Shown here piece after piece: positions 18,317 through 27,969 of a stretch of DNA of 64,000 bases. Under the pieces are notes generated by a model. It was not told where the DNA came from. It searched no databases and saw only the letters and a list, made by a program, of their open reading frames with translations. Origin of the DNA: Chloroflexota bacterium (GTDB taxonomy: Bacteria > Chloroflexota > Limnocylindria > Limnocylindrales > CSP1-4). The translations under genes and the position numbers were made by a program. The first letter of the stretch is position 1, and each line of letters opens with the position of its first letter. The stretch covers positions 57,254 to 121,253 of the forward strand of contig JADMIG010000002.1 of the NCBI GenBank assembly GCA_015478725.1. The letters are read 5' to 3'.

Positions 18317-18880
18317 TCAGCCGAGGACGATGAGGTCCGTCGTGATCGGGATGGGGTTCGCCAGGCAGTCGCGGACCGGCGAGGTGTCCTGGACGTACTG
18401 GCAGAGCTCCTCGAGCTGCTCGGTGGTCGCATTCGGGCTCTTCACCCAGCCGGTGGCGCGGATCGCGCTGAAGCCGGCCCGCGGTCCGCCGAGGCCGACG
18501 AAGGTTCGCAGGTCGAGATCGCCCTCGATCTCATAGCGCAGCTCGGTGATGTCGATGCCTCGGGCGGCCGCGTTGTAGACGTAGCCGACCGCGTAGCAGA
18601 AGCCGAGCGCCTGGAGCAGGAGCTCGACCGCGTTCGGGCCCTCGTTCGAGCCGAGGAGGACCGGCGGTTCGTCGCCGATGAGGCGGAAGGCCTCGGGCCG
18701 CACCGCCGGCTGGCCGGCATGGACGAAGTCCTTGATCTCGCCGTCGTTGCGGGCGCCGGAGCGCCAGGTGCTCGATGCCTTGAACGTGAAGGCGCCGACG
18801 TTCGGGTCCTGCTGGACGGCCCCGATCGTGGCGATGAGCTGCTCGACGTTGACACCGTTCCGAGCGGTGATGGTGGCCAT
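18317..18880 (-). CDS. OsmC/Ohr-family peroxiredoxin-like protein
   Basis: 187 aa with OsmC-like conserved Cys-containing segments (GFCYAVG..., ...DCLANP). Confidence 0.75.
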   Translation of the reverse strand: MATITARNGVNVEQLIATIGAVQQDPNVGAFTFKASSTWRSGARNDGEIKDFVHAGQPAVRPEAFRLIGDEPPVLLGSNEGPNAVELLLQALGFCYAVGYVYNAAARGIDITELRYEIEGDLDLRTFVGLGGPRAGFSAIRATGWVKSPNATTEQLEELCQYVQDTSPVRDCLANPIPITTDLIVLG

Positions 18881-18984
18881 TGGTCTGCCTCCTGTCCTGC
18901 GGTCACCTCAGGTGGATGACCGCTTCGGGAGTAGAGACGCCTCGCCGATCGAAGTTATTCCGTCGCCGCGCTCGGGCAGAAACG

Positions 18985-19010
18985 GGAATAATCGGCCCAG
19001 CCGCAACGTC
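18985..19010 (+). promoter_or_regulatory. SigR/SigH-type ECF promoter-like element GGAAT-N18-GTC
   Basis: GGAATaatcggcccagccgcaacGTC lies 20–45 nt upstream of the ECF sigma gene. Consensus is GGAAT-N18-GTT. Confidence 0.3.
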
Positions 19011-19030
19011 AGGACGGACAAGCGGATCGC

Positions 19031-19693
19031 ATGCACGCAGCCGCCGAGGGAGCGATGATCGCGACTGTGACCGACGCGCAGAGCCAGCCCCAAGCGGAGA
19101 GCAGCGCCGACGAACCAGGTCGGGCGTTCGCCGCCATCGCTCGAGACCAGCTCGATGGCCTCTACGGCTACTGCGTCCGGCTCACGAGCGATCGGACCGA
19201 CGCGGAGGACCTCGTCCAGGACACCCTGCTGCGGGCGATGCGGGCGTACCCGGAGCTCCGCGACCCGGCGCGCGCGAAGGGCTGGCTGTTCGCGATCGCG
19301 ACGAATGCCTGGCGGGACCTCTGCCGCGCTCGCGGCCGCACGCTTCCGACGATCTCGCTGGACAGCCGCGACCCGGATGACGACTTCTCGTTGTTCGCGA
19401 CCCTGGCCATCGAAGACCCGTTCCCCTATTCCGACGAATTGCACCTGGACTTCCTTCGCCTGTTTCGCGACGAGGATGTCCAGGATGTCTTCGCCCGGAT
19501 CAACCCGGTCTTTCGGGCGCCCCTCATCCTCACGACGATCCACGGCTTCAGCTGCAAGGAGGCGGCGGCGATCCTCGACGTGCCGCTGGGAACCGTTCTC
19601 TCCCGCCTGCATCGAGGCCGGAAGCAGCTCGAACGGGGCATGTGGGACTATGCCGTCAGGAACGGCCTCGTGGAGGTTGGTGACGAACCATGA
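19031..19693 (+). CDS. ECF (group IV) sigma-70 factor, SigR/SigH-like
   Basis: Region 2 (DAEDLVQDTLLRAMRAY) and region 4 HTH (FSCKEAAAILDVPLGTVLSRLHRGRKQL) are present. Confidence 0.8.
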   Translation: MHAAAEGAMIATVTDAQSQPQAESSADEPGRAFAAIARDQLDGLYGYCVRLTSDRTDAEDLVQDTLLRAMRAYPELRDPARAKGWLFAIATNAWRDLCRARGRTLPTISLDSRDPDDDFSLFATLAIEDPFPYSDELHLDFLRLFRDEDVQDVFARINPVFRAPLILTTIHGFSCKEAAAILDVPLGTVLSRLHRGRKQLERGMWDYAVRNGLVEVGDEP

Positions 19694-19944
19694 TCGACTG
19701 CCGCGAGGCCGTCCGCCGGATGTGGGAATACCTCGACCACGCCCTGGAGCGCGGCCCGGCAGAGGAGTTCGAGACGCACCTCGAGGCCTGCCAGCGATGC
19801 TGTGGCGAGCTCGAGTTCTCGCGCCATCTCAAGGAGATGGTGGCGGCGACCGGCTCCGAGACGATGCCTGACCAGTTTCGCCGGCGGATCGAGTTGCTCC
19901 TCGAGGGCGGCAGCCTGCCGTCCCCTGGAGGGGACACGCCGTGA
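19690..19944 (+). CDS. Zinc-binding anti-sigma factor (ZAS, RsrA/RshA-like)
   Basis: 84 aa with HLEACQRCC (HxxxCxxC) plus an upstream Cys. Start overlaps the sigma gene stop (ATGA). Confidence 0.7.
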   Translation: MIDCREAVRRMWEYLDHALERGPAEEFETHLEACQRCCGELEFSRHLKEMVAATGSETMPDQFRRRIELLLEGGSLPSPGGDTP

Positions 19945-20795
19945 CCGACGTGCCGGTCGGCCACATCGCCGGCACGGACTTCCTTCAGCAGGACGCCATC
20001 CGCACTGCCGTCCGCGAGACGTATCGCACCGTGGGCCCGACCGACCGGCGGGTGGCGGAGCGCTTCTACCACCCGGAGCAGCTGGCAGGCCTGCCGGACG
20101 AGACGGTCCGCATGGCCCTCGGCGTGGGCGATCCGGTGGGCCGTGCCGGTCTGCGCGTCGGCGACGATGTCCTCGATCTCGGCTCGGGCGGTGGGATCGA
20201 CTGCCTCATCGCGGCGCGGTCCGTCGCGCCGGGGGGCCACGTGGTGGGCGTCGACTTTCTCGCCGAGATGATCACGCGGGCGACGTACGCGGCGACCGTC
20301 GCCGGGCTGACGAATGCCCGTTTCGTCGAAGCCGAGATCGAGGCGTTGCCGCTGCCGGACGATTCGTTCGATGTCGTGATCAGCAACGGGGTGATCAATC
20401 TCTCGCCACGCAAGGTGCGGGCGCTGTCGGAGGCGTTCCGCGTCCTGCGACCGGGTGGCCGCCTGGCGATCGTCGACCTCGTCCTGGATCACGATCTGCC
20501 GCCCGAGATCCAGACCCACCCGGCGGCCTGGGCCGGCTGCCTGTCGGGGGCCCTGTCCGAGACCGCCCTGTACAAGGGCATGCGGCGGGCGGGCTTCCGC
20601 GACGTCGGCATCGAGCCATCGAGCGACTTTGGCATCGGAGACTGCGCTCTCTACCCGCTCTTCAGCGACGAGCTCCTCGGGATGTTTCGGCGTCTCGTCC
20701 CGGCAGAGCGCCTCGGCCGGATCGCGAGGAGCGTGTATGTCGGCGCCCGCAAACCCGGCCCGCTCGAGTCGCTGCCGGGGCGCGCACGGGGCTGA
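19941..20795 (+). CDS. SAM-dependent methyltransferase, ArsM-like (arsenite methyltransferase family)
   Basis: VLDLGSGGGIDC SAM motif I with adjacent Cys, as in ArsM. Start overlaps the anti-sigma stop, so it is in the same operon. Confidence 0.65.
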   Translation: MTDVPVGHIAGTDFLQQDAIRTAVRETYRTVGPTDRRVAERFYHPEQLAGLPDETVRMALGVGDPVGRAGLRVGDDVLDLGSGGGIDCLIAARSVAPGGHVVGVDFLAEMITRATYAATVAGLTNARFVEAEIEALPLPDDSFDVVISNGVINLSPRKVRALSEAFRVLRPGGRLAIVDLVLDHDLPPEIQTHPAAWAGCLSGALSETALYKGMRRAGFRDVGIEPSSDFGIGDCALYPLFSDELLGMFRRLVPAERLGRIARSVYVGARKPGPLESLPGRARG

Positions 20796-20880
20796 GGCTA
20801 GCCGCTTGCGATGAGCGCCGCGCCAGAGGCTCCCGTGGTGAGAGGGGGAGGCGGACCGGCCGTTGCGGTAGCCTCATGCC

Positions 20881-21846
20881 ATGCTGAAGCCGAATCGAAC
20901 ACTGGCCATCGGACGCACAAGCGCCGAACCCGGAAGCCGGGCCACGGACCGCATTTCCATCGACCTCGGCGGGCCGGTCGTGGACGTGCCGGTGGTGCTC
21001 CTGAACGGAGCGCGGCCAGGACCGCGGCTGGGCGTCACCGCCGGGATCCACGGGGCGGAGTACGTCTCGATCGCCGCACTCCGCGAAGTCGCGATGAGCC
21101 TCGACCCCGCCGTCCTGTCCGGGTCGCTCGTCGCCGTCCTCACGGCGAACCCTGCCGCCTTCACCGCACGCTCGATCTACGTCAACCCGATCGACGGCCG
21201 GAACCTCAATCGCGTCTTCCCGGGTGACCCGGCAGGAACGCCGAGCGAGCAGTTGGCCGCCTGGATCTTCGACAACGTGATCCGACCCGCGGACGCGTTC
21301 GTCGACATGCATTGCGGGGACATGAACGAGGCGCTCGCGTCCTTCACGGGTATCGAGGAGACCGGCGATCCGGCGGTGGACGCACGATCGCTTGCGATGG
21401 CCGAGGCCTACGGGCTGGGGACCGTCCTCGTCGGCCCGACGCCCGGATCCACGACCACGGCAGCCGCAGCGTCGGGGATCCCCGCCGTCCTCGGAGAGGT
21501 GGGCGGCCAGGGCCGTTGGCCGGCCGAGGACGTGGCCCTCCACGCGGCGGGATTGCGCCGCGTCCTGCGCTCGCTCGGGATGGTGGACACCGCGCCGGAC
21601 GAGCCACGGCGGCCGACCCTCCGGCTCGACCACGAGGCATGGCTGCGGAGCGAGGCCGACGGGTGCTGGGAGCCGGCGGTCGCCGTCGGCGATCGCGTGA
21701 GCGTCGGCCAGGAGGTCGGCATGGTCCGCGACGTCTTCGGTGCGCCGCTCCAGGTCGTCCGCGCGCCGCTCGAGGGGGTCGTCCTTTTCCTCGTGACCTC
21801 GCTCGCGATGAATGTCGGAGACCCGCTCCTTGCGATCGCCGGCTGA
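20881..21846 (+). CDS. Succinylglutamate desuccinylase/aspartoacylase (AstE/AspA) family zinc hydrolase
   Basis: 321 aa. The AGIHGAEY motif and an M14-like metal site are present. Confidence 0.7.
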   Translation: MLKPNRTLAIGRTSAEPGSRATDRISIDLGGPVVDVPVVLLNGARPGPRLGVTAGIHGAEYVSIAALREVAMSLDPAVLSGSLVAVLTANPAAFTARSIYVNPIDGRNLNRVFPGDPAGTPSEQLAAWIFDNVIRPADAFVDMHCGDMNEALASFTGIEETGDPAVDARSLAMAEAYGLGTVLVGPTPGSTTTAAAASGIPAVLGEVGGQGRWPAEDVALHAAGLRRVLRSLGMVDTAPDEPRRPTLRLDHEAWLRSEADGCWEPAVAVGDRVSVGQEVGMVRDVFGAPLQVVRAPLEGVVLFLVTSLAMNVGDPLLAIAG

Positions 21847-21899
21847 CCGACCCGAAGTCGTCGGACGAATCCATGCGGCCGGGTGGGCCGGGCAGGCGG

Positions 21900-21965
21900 C
21901 GCCGACCGGCGGCAGCGGCGACGGTCGCTGAGCGCCGCCGACCGGCGGCAGCGGCGACGGTCGCT
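21900..21965. repeat. 33-bp tandem direct repeat x2 (+ partial) in the convergent intergenic region
   Basis: cgccgaccggcggcagcggcgacggtcgctgag repeated exactly twice. Confidence 0.8.
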
Positions 21966-22001
21966 GAGCGCCGCCGCCGCCGGGCCGATCCCAGAGACCA
22001 A

Positions 22002-22562
22002 CTAGAACGGCAGGCCGCGGCACGACACCCGCGGATTCCAGTCGGAGAAGAGACCCGCGGGGTTGTTCGACCAGAGCCACAGGTGGAGCTCGTAGAAGTC
22101 CGGCAGGTCGTAAGGGTTCGGCGCCGTGACGAGGGCCAGCCGCTTGTCGAAGAGGCGCGGCGGGCTGCTGCCGTTCGCCGCGTGCCAGGCGTCCTTGAGG
22201 ACGATGTACTCGATCGCGACGAGTCGATAGCTGCCATCGCCCCGCGGCTCGTAGACGAGTCCTTCTGGCCGGAGGGGGTTGAGCGCCGGGTCACCGACCA
22301 GGGCGCCCTTGACGTAGTGCTGGCCCATGCCGCCGACGCCGGGCTTCTGGGCGCAGCCCTTGACCGGCCCGTAGCCGGCCGCGATCGCGACGTCGAGATT
22401 GTGGAACGGCGCGGTTGCCGCCCGGACGTCGCCGAGGTTACGACCTTCATCGTTGTTCGCGGCGGAGTTGTTCGCGGCGGAGGCGACCGCCGTGCCGAGC
22501 ACGGCGACGATCGACACGAGCGCGATCGACGCGGAGATCCGCACCTTCGTGTTGCGCATCAC
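22002..22562 (-). CDS. Secreted hypothetical protein (signal peptide)
   Basis: 186 aa. N-terminal signal-like MMRNTKVRISASIALVSIVAVLGTAVASA. No recognised domain. Confidence 0.5.
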   Translation of the reverse strand: MMRNTKVRISASIALVSIVAVLGTAVASAANNSAANNDEGRNLGDVRAATAPFHNLDVAIAAGYGPVKGCAQKPGVGGMGQHYVKGALVGDPALNPLRPEGLVYEPRGDGSYRLVAIEYIVLKDAWHAANGSSPPRLFDKRLALVTAPNPYDLPDFYELHLWLWSNNPAGLFSDWNPRVSCRGLPF

Positions 22563-22810
22563 GCCACCTCCGTCGTCAGTTCATAGACCTCGGCGGTCGG
22601 GTGTCCCGCCCGCTCGTGGATCCGCATGACTGATTCTCTCGATGGCCCGTGCGACAGGCAGAAGACCTTGCCCGACTCCGCGTCGAGCCAGGCGCGCTCG
22701 AAATGGACGCTCTCGTCCCGCTCGATCGCGAGATCTCGCTCGTGGGCTTCCCTGAGTTGCTGCGCTGTGACGCCGACGAACCCGCTGTGGACATCCATGA
22801 ATGTCGCCAT
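22559..22810 (-). CDS. DUF4242-domain protein
   Basis: ~83 aa from MATFMDVH, the typical DUF4242 start. The track ORF includes a 10-aa upstream extension. Confidence 0.55.
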   Translation of the reverse strand: MATFMDVHSGFVGVTAQQLREAHERDLAIERDESVHFERAWLDAESGKVFCLSHGPSRESVMRIHERAGHPTAEVYELTTEVA

Positions 22811-22941
22811 CGACGAACCTCCGTCTATCAGCCCGGCCATGTGCCGGTGTTCGATGGAGCGAGGTTCGCGGGGAATGCATGGCGGGTCATCGGTCGAATG
22901 ACCGATGACCTCCCGCGTGCGGGGCCTACACTTCGGCGGCG

Positions 22942-25830
22942 ATGCACGCCGCCCTGAGGGCCGTTCGGTGCCCGCTCCTGATCGGTCGTGACGACTTGCT
23001 CGTCCTCGCGGATCGGCGTCTCGACGACGTCACCGCCGGGCGGGGCCAGTTTCTTCTGCTCGCCGGCGAGGCAGGGATCGGCAAGACCCGGCTGCTTGCG
23101 GCCATCCGACGCAGGGCGGAAGCCCGCGGATTCGTCGCTGTCGCGGGGTCGGTCGCCCCGCAGGACCGCGACGTGCCGGCATCGTCGATCCTGGACCTCG
23201 CTCGCAGCATGACCCGGCTCGCGCCGTTCGCCGAACTCGGTCGGCGGCTGCTCGATCTGCGCGACACAACCATGACGGCGGAGCACGTGCAGCGTCGACG
23301 GCTGGTGATGGACATCGTCGAACGGATCCTCGACACATTGCCGGGCCCGACGATGCTCTCGTTCGAGGATCTGCAATGGGCGGACGATGTCAGCCTCGAG
23401 ATCATCGCGGAGCTGGCGCGACGGTCACGTGACCGCACGCTCCTCCTGACCGGCGACTACCGGACAGAGGATGTGGCGTCCGGCGCGGGCCTTCGGGACT
23501 GGCGAGCACGGCTCATCACCCAGCGGATTGCGGAAGAGGTCCGGCTCGTCCCGCTGACCGAGGCGGAGACCGCCCTGGCCACGACCCTGATCCTCGACAC
23601 CGGACTCCCCGCGCCACGAGAGGTGTCGGCCGCCGTGTTCGAGCGGACGGATGGCATCCCGCTCCATATCGAGGAACTCCTCGGCGCGTTGAGCGCCGAG
23701 GACCGAGCGGATGGGACCGCGATCAGGGAGGCCACGGTCCCCGACACGATCGAGGACGCCGTGATCGCCCGGATCGCCCACCGCTCGCCCGAGGCGCGGG
23801 CGGCCGCCCGCGCGGGGGCCGTCATCGGTCGCTGTTTCGTCCCGGAGGTCCTGGCTGGAATCATGGACTTGCCGCCGGACGCCCTCGAAACGCCGCTCCA
23901 GGAGCTTGTCGACCATTTCATCCTCGATCCTCCCGGGCCGCGCGGTTTGTACGACTTTCGGCACCAGCTGCTGCGCGATGCGCTCTACCGCACGATCCCG
24001 GCCTCGGAGCGGCGCCGGTTCCACGCTCGCGCCGGGGAGTTCGGGGCTCACCTGGAGGGAGCATCGGAGATCCACGCATCTGTCCACTACGAGCGCGCCG
24101 GGCTCCGCCGCCAGGCATTCGAGGCCGCGCTGGCGGGTGCCCACGAGGCGACGCGGCTGTCGGCACACCGAGAGGCATTCGGGCTCTATCGACGCGCCGT
24201 CGACAACATGCCGGACGACCTCGACCACTCGGATCGCGGCGCGCTGCTCGAGGCATATTCGCGCGAAGCGGCGACGATCGAGCAGAACGGGATAGCCGAA
24301 CAGGCGAGCCGGCACGCGCGAGCCGCCTACCTCGCGGCCGATCGGCCGGCGAAGGCCGCCGAGATGCTCATCGGGGTGCTCGGCATCTGGCGCCGCGAGG
24401 CCCGATCGATCGCCGAGCGGTCCCGCCTTGCCGCCACGTCGTTCGACGAACTCGAGGTCCTGCCTGACAGCAGCGAGCGGGAGGTCGCCCGCGGTGCGCT
24501 GTTCGACGAATGGACGCGGATCCACCTGGACACGATCTCGGTCGACGCGGCCCGCTCGACGATCGCGAGGATGCGCGGGACCGCGACGTCTCTTGGGGAC
24601 GCGGTCGCCGCGATCCAGGCGGATGCCTTCGCGGCGACCGTCGACGTGCTCGAGGGCCGGGTGGCGATGGGTCTCGACGGGATCGCGTCCGCCGCCCACG
24701 AGGCACAGCGCGCTGGCTTCGAGGAGTCCGGTGTGACCGCCTTCCGCGACGCCGCCACGATGGCCGTCCGGACGATGGACTACGCGCGGGCGGACCGCTT
24801 CCTCAGCGAGGGGTTGCGCTACGCGGACGCGATCGAGCAGTCGCACTGTCGTCACGTGATGGGCGCGACGTCCGCGCTCGTCGCGTGGGCCGGGGCGGAC
24901 TGGGACGATGCGGCCGCGACGGGCCGCCAGACGATGGCGGACCACGGCTGCCGGCGCGCGGTGTCGATGGCTCGCTGGGCGGTCGGATACGTGGCCCTTG
25001 GTCGAGGGGATCTCCGAACTGCGGACGCGGAGTTGGCGTCTGCACTGTCGGTCGGGGAGGAGAGTGGCGCGATCGACCTCATCCTCCCGCCGCTCTGGGG
25101 GCTGGCCGAGGCCGCGCTCCTCGCCGACCGTCCCGACGGGGCGGCCGAGCGGTGCCACGACGCCCTCGAGCGGGCACGTGCGGTCGGCGAGCGGGCCCTG
25201 CTGACCCCATTCGTCGTCACCGGCGTCCGCGCCGAGCAGGCGGCCGGGCGACCCGAGGGGGCGCAGGCTTGGCTTGCGGCCTGTGCCGAGCACGTCTCGG
25301 CGCTGCCGGCCATCGCCCGGCCGGCGCTCGATCACGGCCACGGCCTGGTCGCCCTCGCCGCGGGTGCGACCGGCGTGGCGCGCCAGGCGTTGGAGGCTGC
25401 GCTCGCTGGATGGGACGAGCGGGGACGGATCTGGGAGGCCACCTGGGCGCGCCTCGACCTCGCGAACTGCCTCACCCGCTCAAACCGGTTCGCCGAAGCG
25501 GTCGTGCTGGCCGCCGAAGCTCGCGCGGTCGCCTCCAGACTGGACAGTCGGCCGCTCGCGGATCGGGCGGATGCCCTGCAGCGGATGGCCCGCGGTCATG
25601 TGGCGACGGACGAGCCGTGGCGCCCTTTGACGACCCGCGAGTTCGCGGTGGCGAGGCTGATCAGGGAGGGAATGACGAACGCCGAGATCGCCACGGAACT
25701 GGCGATCGCTTCGAAGACGGCGAGCAGTCATGTGGAACACATCCTCGCCAAGCTCGGCGCGTCACGCCGGACCGAGATTGCCGCCTGGGCGAGTGCCGTG
25801 GAGCGCGCGCCGGATCGCCGCTCGCCGTGA
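22942..25830 (+). CDS. Large ATP-binding LuxR-family regulator (LAL/MalT-like: AAA+ NTPase + TPR-like + LuxR HTH)
   Basis: 962 aa. N-terminal Walker A LLLAGEAGIGKTRLL. C-terminal LuxR HTH LTTREFAVARLIREGMTNAEIATELAIASKTASSHVEHILAKLG. Confidence 0.85.
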   Translation: MHAALRAVRCPLLIGRDDLLVLADRRLDDVTAGRGQFLLLAGEAGIGKTRLLAAIRRRAEARGFVAVAGSVAPQDRDVPASSILDLARSMTRLAPFAELGRRLLDLRDTTMTAEHVQRRRLVMDIVERILDTLPGPTMLSFEDLQWADDVSLEIIAELARRSRDRTLLLTGDYRTEDVASGAGLRDWRARLITQRIAEEVRLVPLTEAETALATTLILDTGLPAPREVSAAVFERTDGIPLHIEELLGALSAEDRADGTAIREATVPDTIEDAVIARIAHRSPEARAAARAGAVIGRCFVPEVLAGIMDLPPDALETPLQELVDHFILDPPGPRGLYDFRHQLLRDALYRTIPASERRRFHARAGEFGAHLEGASEIHASVHYERAGLRRQAFEAALAGAHEATRLSAHREAFGLYRRAVDNMPDDLDHSDRGALLEAYSREAATIEQNGIAEQASRHARAAYLAADRPAKAAEMLIGVLGIWRREARSIAERSRLAATSFDELEVLPDSSEREVARGALFDEWTRIHLDTISVDAARSTIARMRGTATSLGDAVAAIQADAFAATVDVLEGRVAMGLDGIASAAHEAQRAGFEESGVTAFRDAATMAVRTMDYARADRFLSEGLRYADAIEQSHCRHVMGATSALVAWAGADWDDAAATGRQTMADHGCRRAVSMARWAVGYVALGRGDLRTADAELASALSVGEESGAIDLILPPLWGLAEAALLADRPDGAAERCHDALERARAVGERALLTPFVVTGVRAEQAAGRPEGAQAWLAACAEHVSALPAIARPALDHGHGLVALAAGATGVARQALEAALAGWDERGRIWEATWARLDLANCLTRSNRFAEAVVLAAEARAVASRLDSRPLADRADALQRMARGHVATDEPWRPLTTREFAVARLIREGMTNAEIATELAIASKTASSHVEHILAKLGASRRTEIAAWASAVERAPDRRSP

Positions 25831-25831
25831 T

Positions 25832-26340
25832 CGCCGGACACGTCGTTGACGAGGATGCCCATCGGATCGAGCCCTCCGTCCCAGGGTTCCGGCAGATGGC
25901 CATGAGGCGGGCACTGGTCTGCAGGTCGGTGACAGGCGGCCCTCACCCGGGCATCTGGCAGGATCGACGTGCCGACCCGGCCCGCTCCACGCTCAGGTCT
26001 ACGAGCGCCCCGTGGAGAGTCGGTGACCAACGCCCGCCTGGGGGTCATCTGGCACGAACGGCATGCCGCGCCGTACCCCGTCCGATGGAACCGGAGCCGG
26101 CAGAAGGCCAAAGTGACCGACGTCGTCGGGCTGTATCTCAACCCGCCCGAGCGGGCGATCGTTCTGTCGGTCGACGAGAAGACCCAGTTTCACTTCACCC
26201 CGACCTCGGCGTCGTGGATGAACCAGATCGAGACGTGGTTCGGCATCCTCTCTCGCCAGGCCATCCGGCGCGGCAGCTTCGAGAGCGTCCGGGCCGTCAG
26301 CGCCGTCCGCAAGACGCAAGCCGATTCCGGCGCGCGACAC
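25832..26340 (+). mobile_element. IS630-family transposase remnant (internally deleted pseudogene) including repeat R2
   Basis: KVTDVVGLYLNPPERAIVLSVDEKTQ joins directly to FHFTPTSASWMNQIETWFGILSRQAIRRGSFESV; the central DDE region is deleted. Upstream, 25832..26050 encodes a degenerate N-terminal HTH and is the inverted homologue of 11100..11340. Confidence 0.7.
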
Positions 26341-26405
26341 CAGAAGCCAGGCCGGACTGCTCAGCCCGTCCCGCCTGGGGCGGGGGCGAGTGGCGAGTTC
26401 AGTCC

Positions 26406-26882
26406 TCAGCTCACCGCTTTCTTCACGAGCGCGCCGATCCTTGCCTCGTCGGCGGCGGTCAACTCCGTCAGAGCGAAGGAGGTCGGCCACATGGCGCCTT
26501 CGTCGAGGTTCGCCTTGTCGCTGAAGCCGAACGTCGCGTACCTCGCCTTGAACTTGTGCGCGCTTTGGAAGAAGCAGACGACATTGCCGTCCTTGGCATA
26601 CGCGGGCATGCCGTACCAGGTTCTCGGCGAGAGGGCTGGCGCGCTGGCTTTGATGATGGCATGGAGCCGCTCGGCCATGGCGCGATCCGATTCCGGCATC
26701 TCGGCGATCTTCGCGAGCACGTCGCGTTCCCCGTCCGCTCTGTCCGCGCGCGGGCCGCGGCGCGAAGCCGCCTTCAGCTCCTGGGCGCGCTCCTGCATCG
26801 CGGCTCGTTCCTCGTCGGTGAATCCCGCGGACGCCTTGTTTGTCGCGGTGGTGCTCCTGGTGGACTTCTGCGTGTCCTTCAT
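26406..26882 (-). CDS. Hypothetical protein, possibly DUF1801/YdhG-like
   Basis: 158 aa. Lys/Glu-rich N-terminus, then [30 protein letters not shown]. Family assignment is tentative. Confidence 0.45.
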   Translation of the reverse strand: MKDTQKSTRSTTATNKASAGFTDEERAAMQERAQELKAASRRGPRADRADGERDVLAKIAEMPESDRAMAERLHAIIKASAPALSPRTWYGMPAYAKDGNVVCFFQSAHKFKARYATFGFSDKANLDEGAMWPTSFALTELTAADEARIGALVKKAVS

Positions 26883-26981
26883 TGCAGGTTTCCTCCTCTG
26901 CTAGGTTCGATCGGGACGACCCTCAGGTGAGCCGACGCTCGGTGTCGCGACGACGCTGAGCGCGGGAGCGGAGGTCGGCAC

Positions 26982-27380
26982 TCATCGGTCCTGAAGCAGC
27001 CCGAGGACGTTGCCATCGGGGTCGGTGACGGTGGCCACCAGGCGGCCCCAAGCGACGTCGTGCGCGGGCTCCTTCACGGTGGCACCGGCGGCGGTCACCT
27101 CGGCCAGCTTCGCCTCGATGTCCGGCACGTGCCAGTAGGCCACCGGTGAGGTCATGCCCTGCGGTCCGCCGCCCGGCACCAACCCGATGTGCTGGCCCGC
27201 GGCCTCGAAGCCGACGTAGTAGGACTCGTCGGTCTGCGGCGGTACGCCGAGCAGGGCGGCGTACACCGCCTTGGCCGTCGCCAGGTCGGACACGGGATGC
27301 AGCACGGTCTTGATTCCCTGGGTGGAAGAGCCGGTCATGGTCACTCCTGAAGTCGTGGTGGTGATGTCCATGGCGGTCAC
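26982..27380 (-). CDS. VOC-family (glyoxalase/bleomycin-resistance fold) protein
   Basis: 132 aa. Beta-alpha-beta-beta-beta pattern with conserved His/Glu positions (HPV..., HIGL..., E at the C-terminus). Confidence 0.65.
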   Translation of the reverse strand: MTAMDITTTTSGVTMTGSSTQGIKTVLHPVSDLATAKAVYAALLGVPPQTDESYYVGFEAAGQHIGLVPGGGPQGMTSPVAYWHVPDIEAKLAEVTAAGATVKEPAHDVAWGRLVATVTDPDGNVLGLLQDR

Positions 27381-27469
27381 TCTAGGTGACCTCGGTGACC
27401 GGCGCTTCTCGATTCCTGACCGGTCTGGTCACCTGTTTCGCCACCGCACCGCCTACGGCGGACGCGACG

Positions 27470-27855
27470 TGTCTCGGAGCTGACGATCCGGGCGCAGTCC
27501 AGGAAGAGACGCCGGCGGCGCTGCGAGGGCTCGTGGAGCAGGCTGGCGCAGACCTGCGGACGCGGCCAGCACCCACGGACTGGGCCATCGTCGAGCTCGT
27601 GGGTCATATCACCGACGCCGAGCTCGTCTCGAGCGGGCGGACCCGGAGGGCCTCCTCGCGCTCTTCGTGGCGCTCTGGGCCGCAAACCTCGCTCTGTGGC
27701 GTGGGACGCTCGCGGCGGATCGACCACGGTATGGGGTCCACGCGGAGCGCGGCGCGGAGAGCTACGAGTTGACGTTCCGGCTCATCGCCGGTCACGACCG
27801 GTTCCATCTGGCACAGGCTCGTCGCGCCCTCGCCCGGATCCGACCCACGTCCTGA
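27470..27855 (+). pseudogene. Frameshifted DinB/DinB_2-family (mycothiol-dependent enzyme N-terminal-domain-like) gene
   Basis: TDWAIVELVGHITDAELV in one frame (track ORF 27386..27772). The C-terminal part ALWAANLALWRGTLAADRP...IAGHDRFHLAQARRAL is in another frame (27667..27855). Break near 27630. Confidence 0.4.
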
Positions 27856-27969
27856 CGGGATACCGGATGGCGGGCGCACGTCGTCACGGGACCAGGAACC
27901 TGCATTCGTGACGGCGGTCGGTTGATCACGGGCACCAGACGAGACGCCCGATGGCAACGGAGACGCAGC

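Noticed and set aside
24510-26930. 806-aa plus-strand ORF spanning the LuxR 3' half, the IS630 remnant and beyond
   Set aside because: Out-of-frame overlap of the LAL regulator, and it runs antisense through the 26406..26882 gene. It only incidentally carries the in-frame IS630 HTH remnant.
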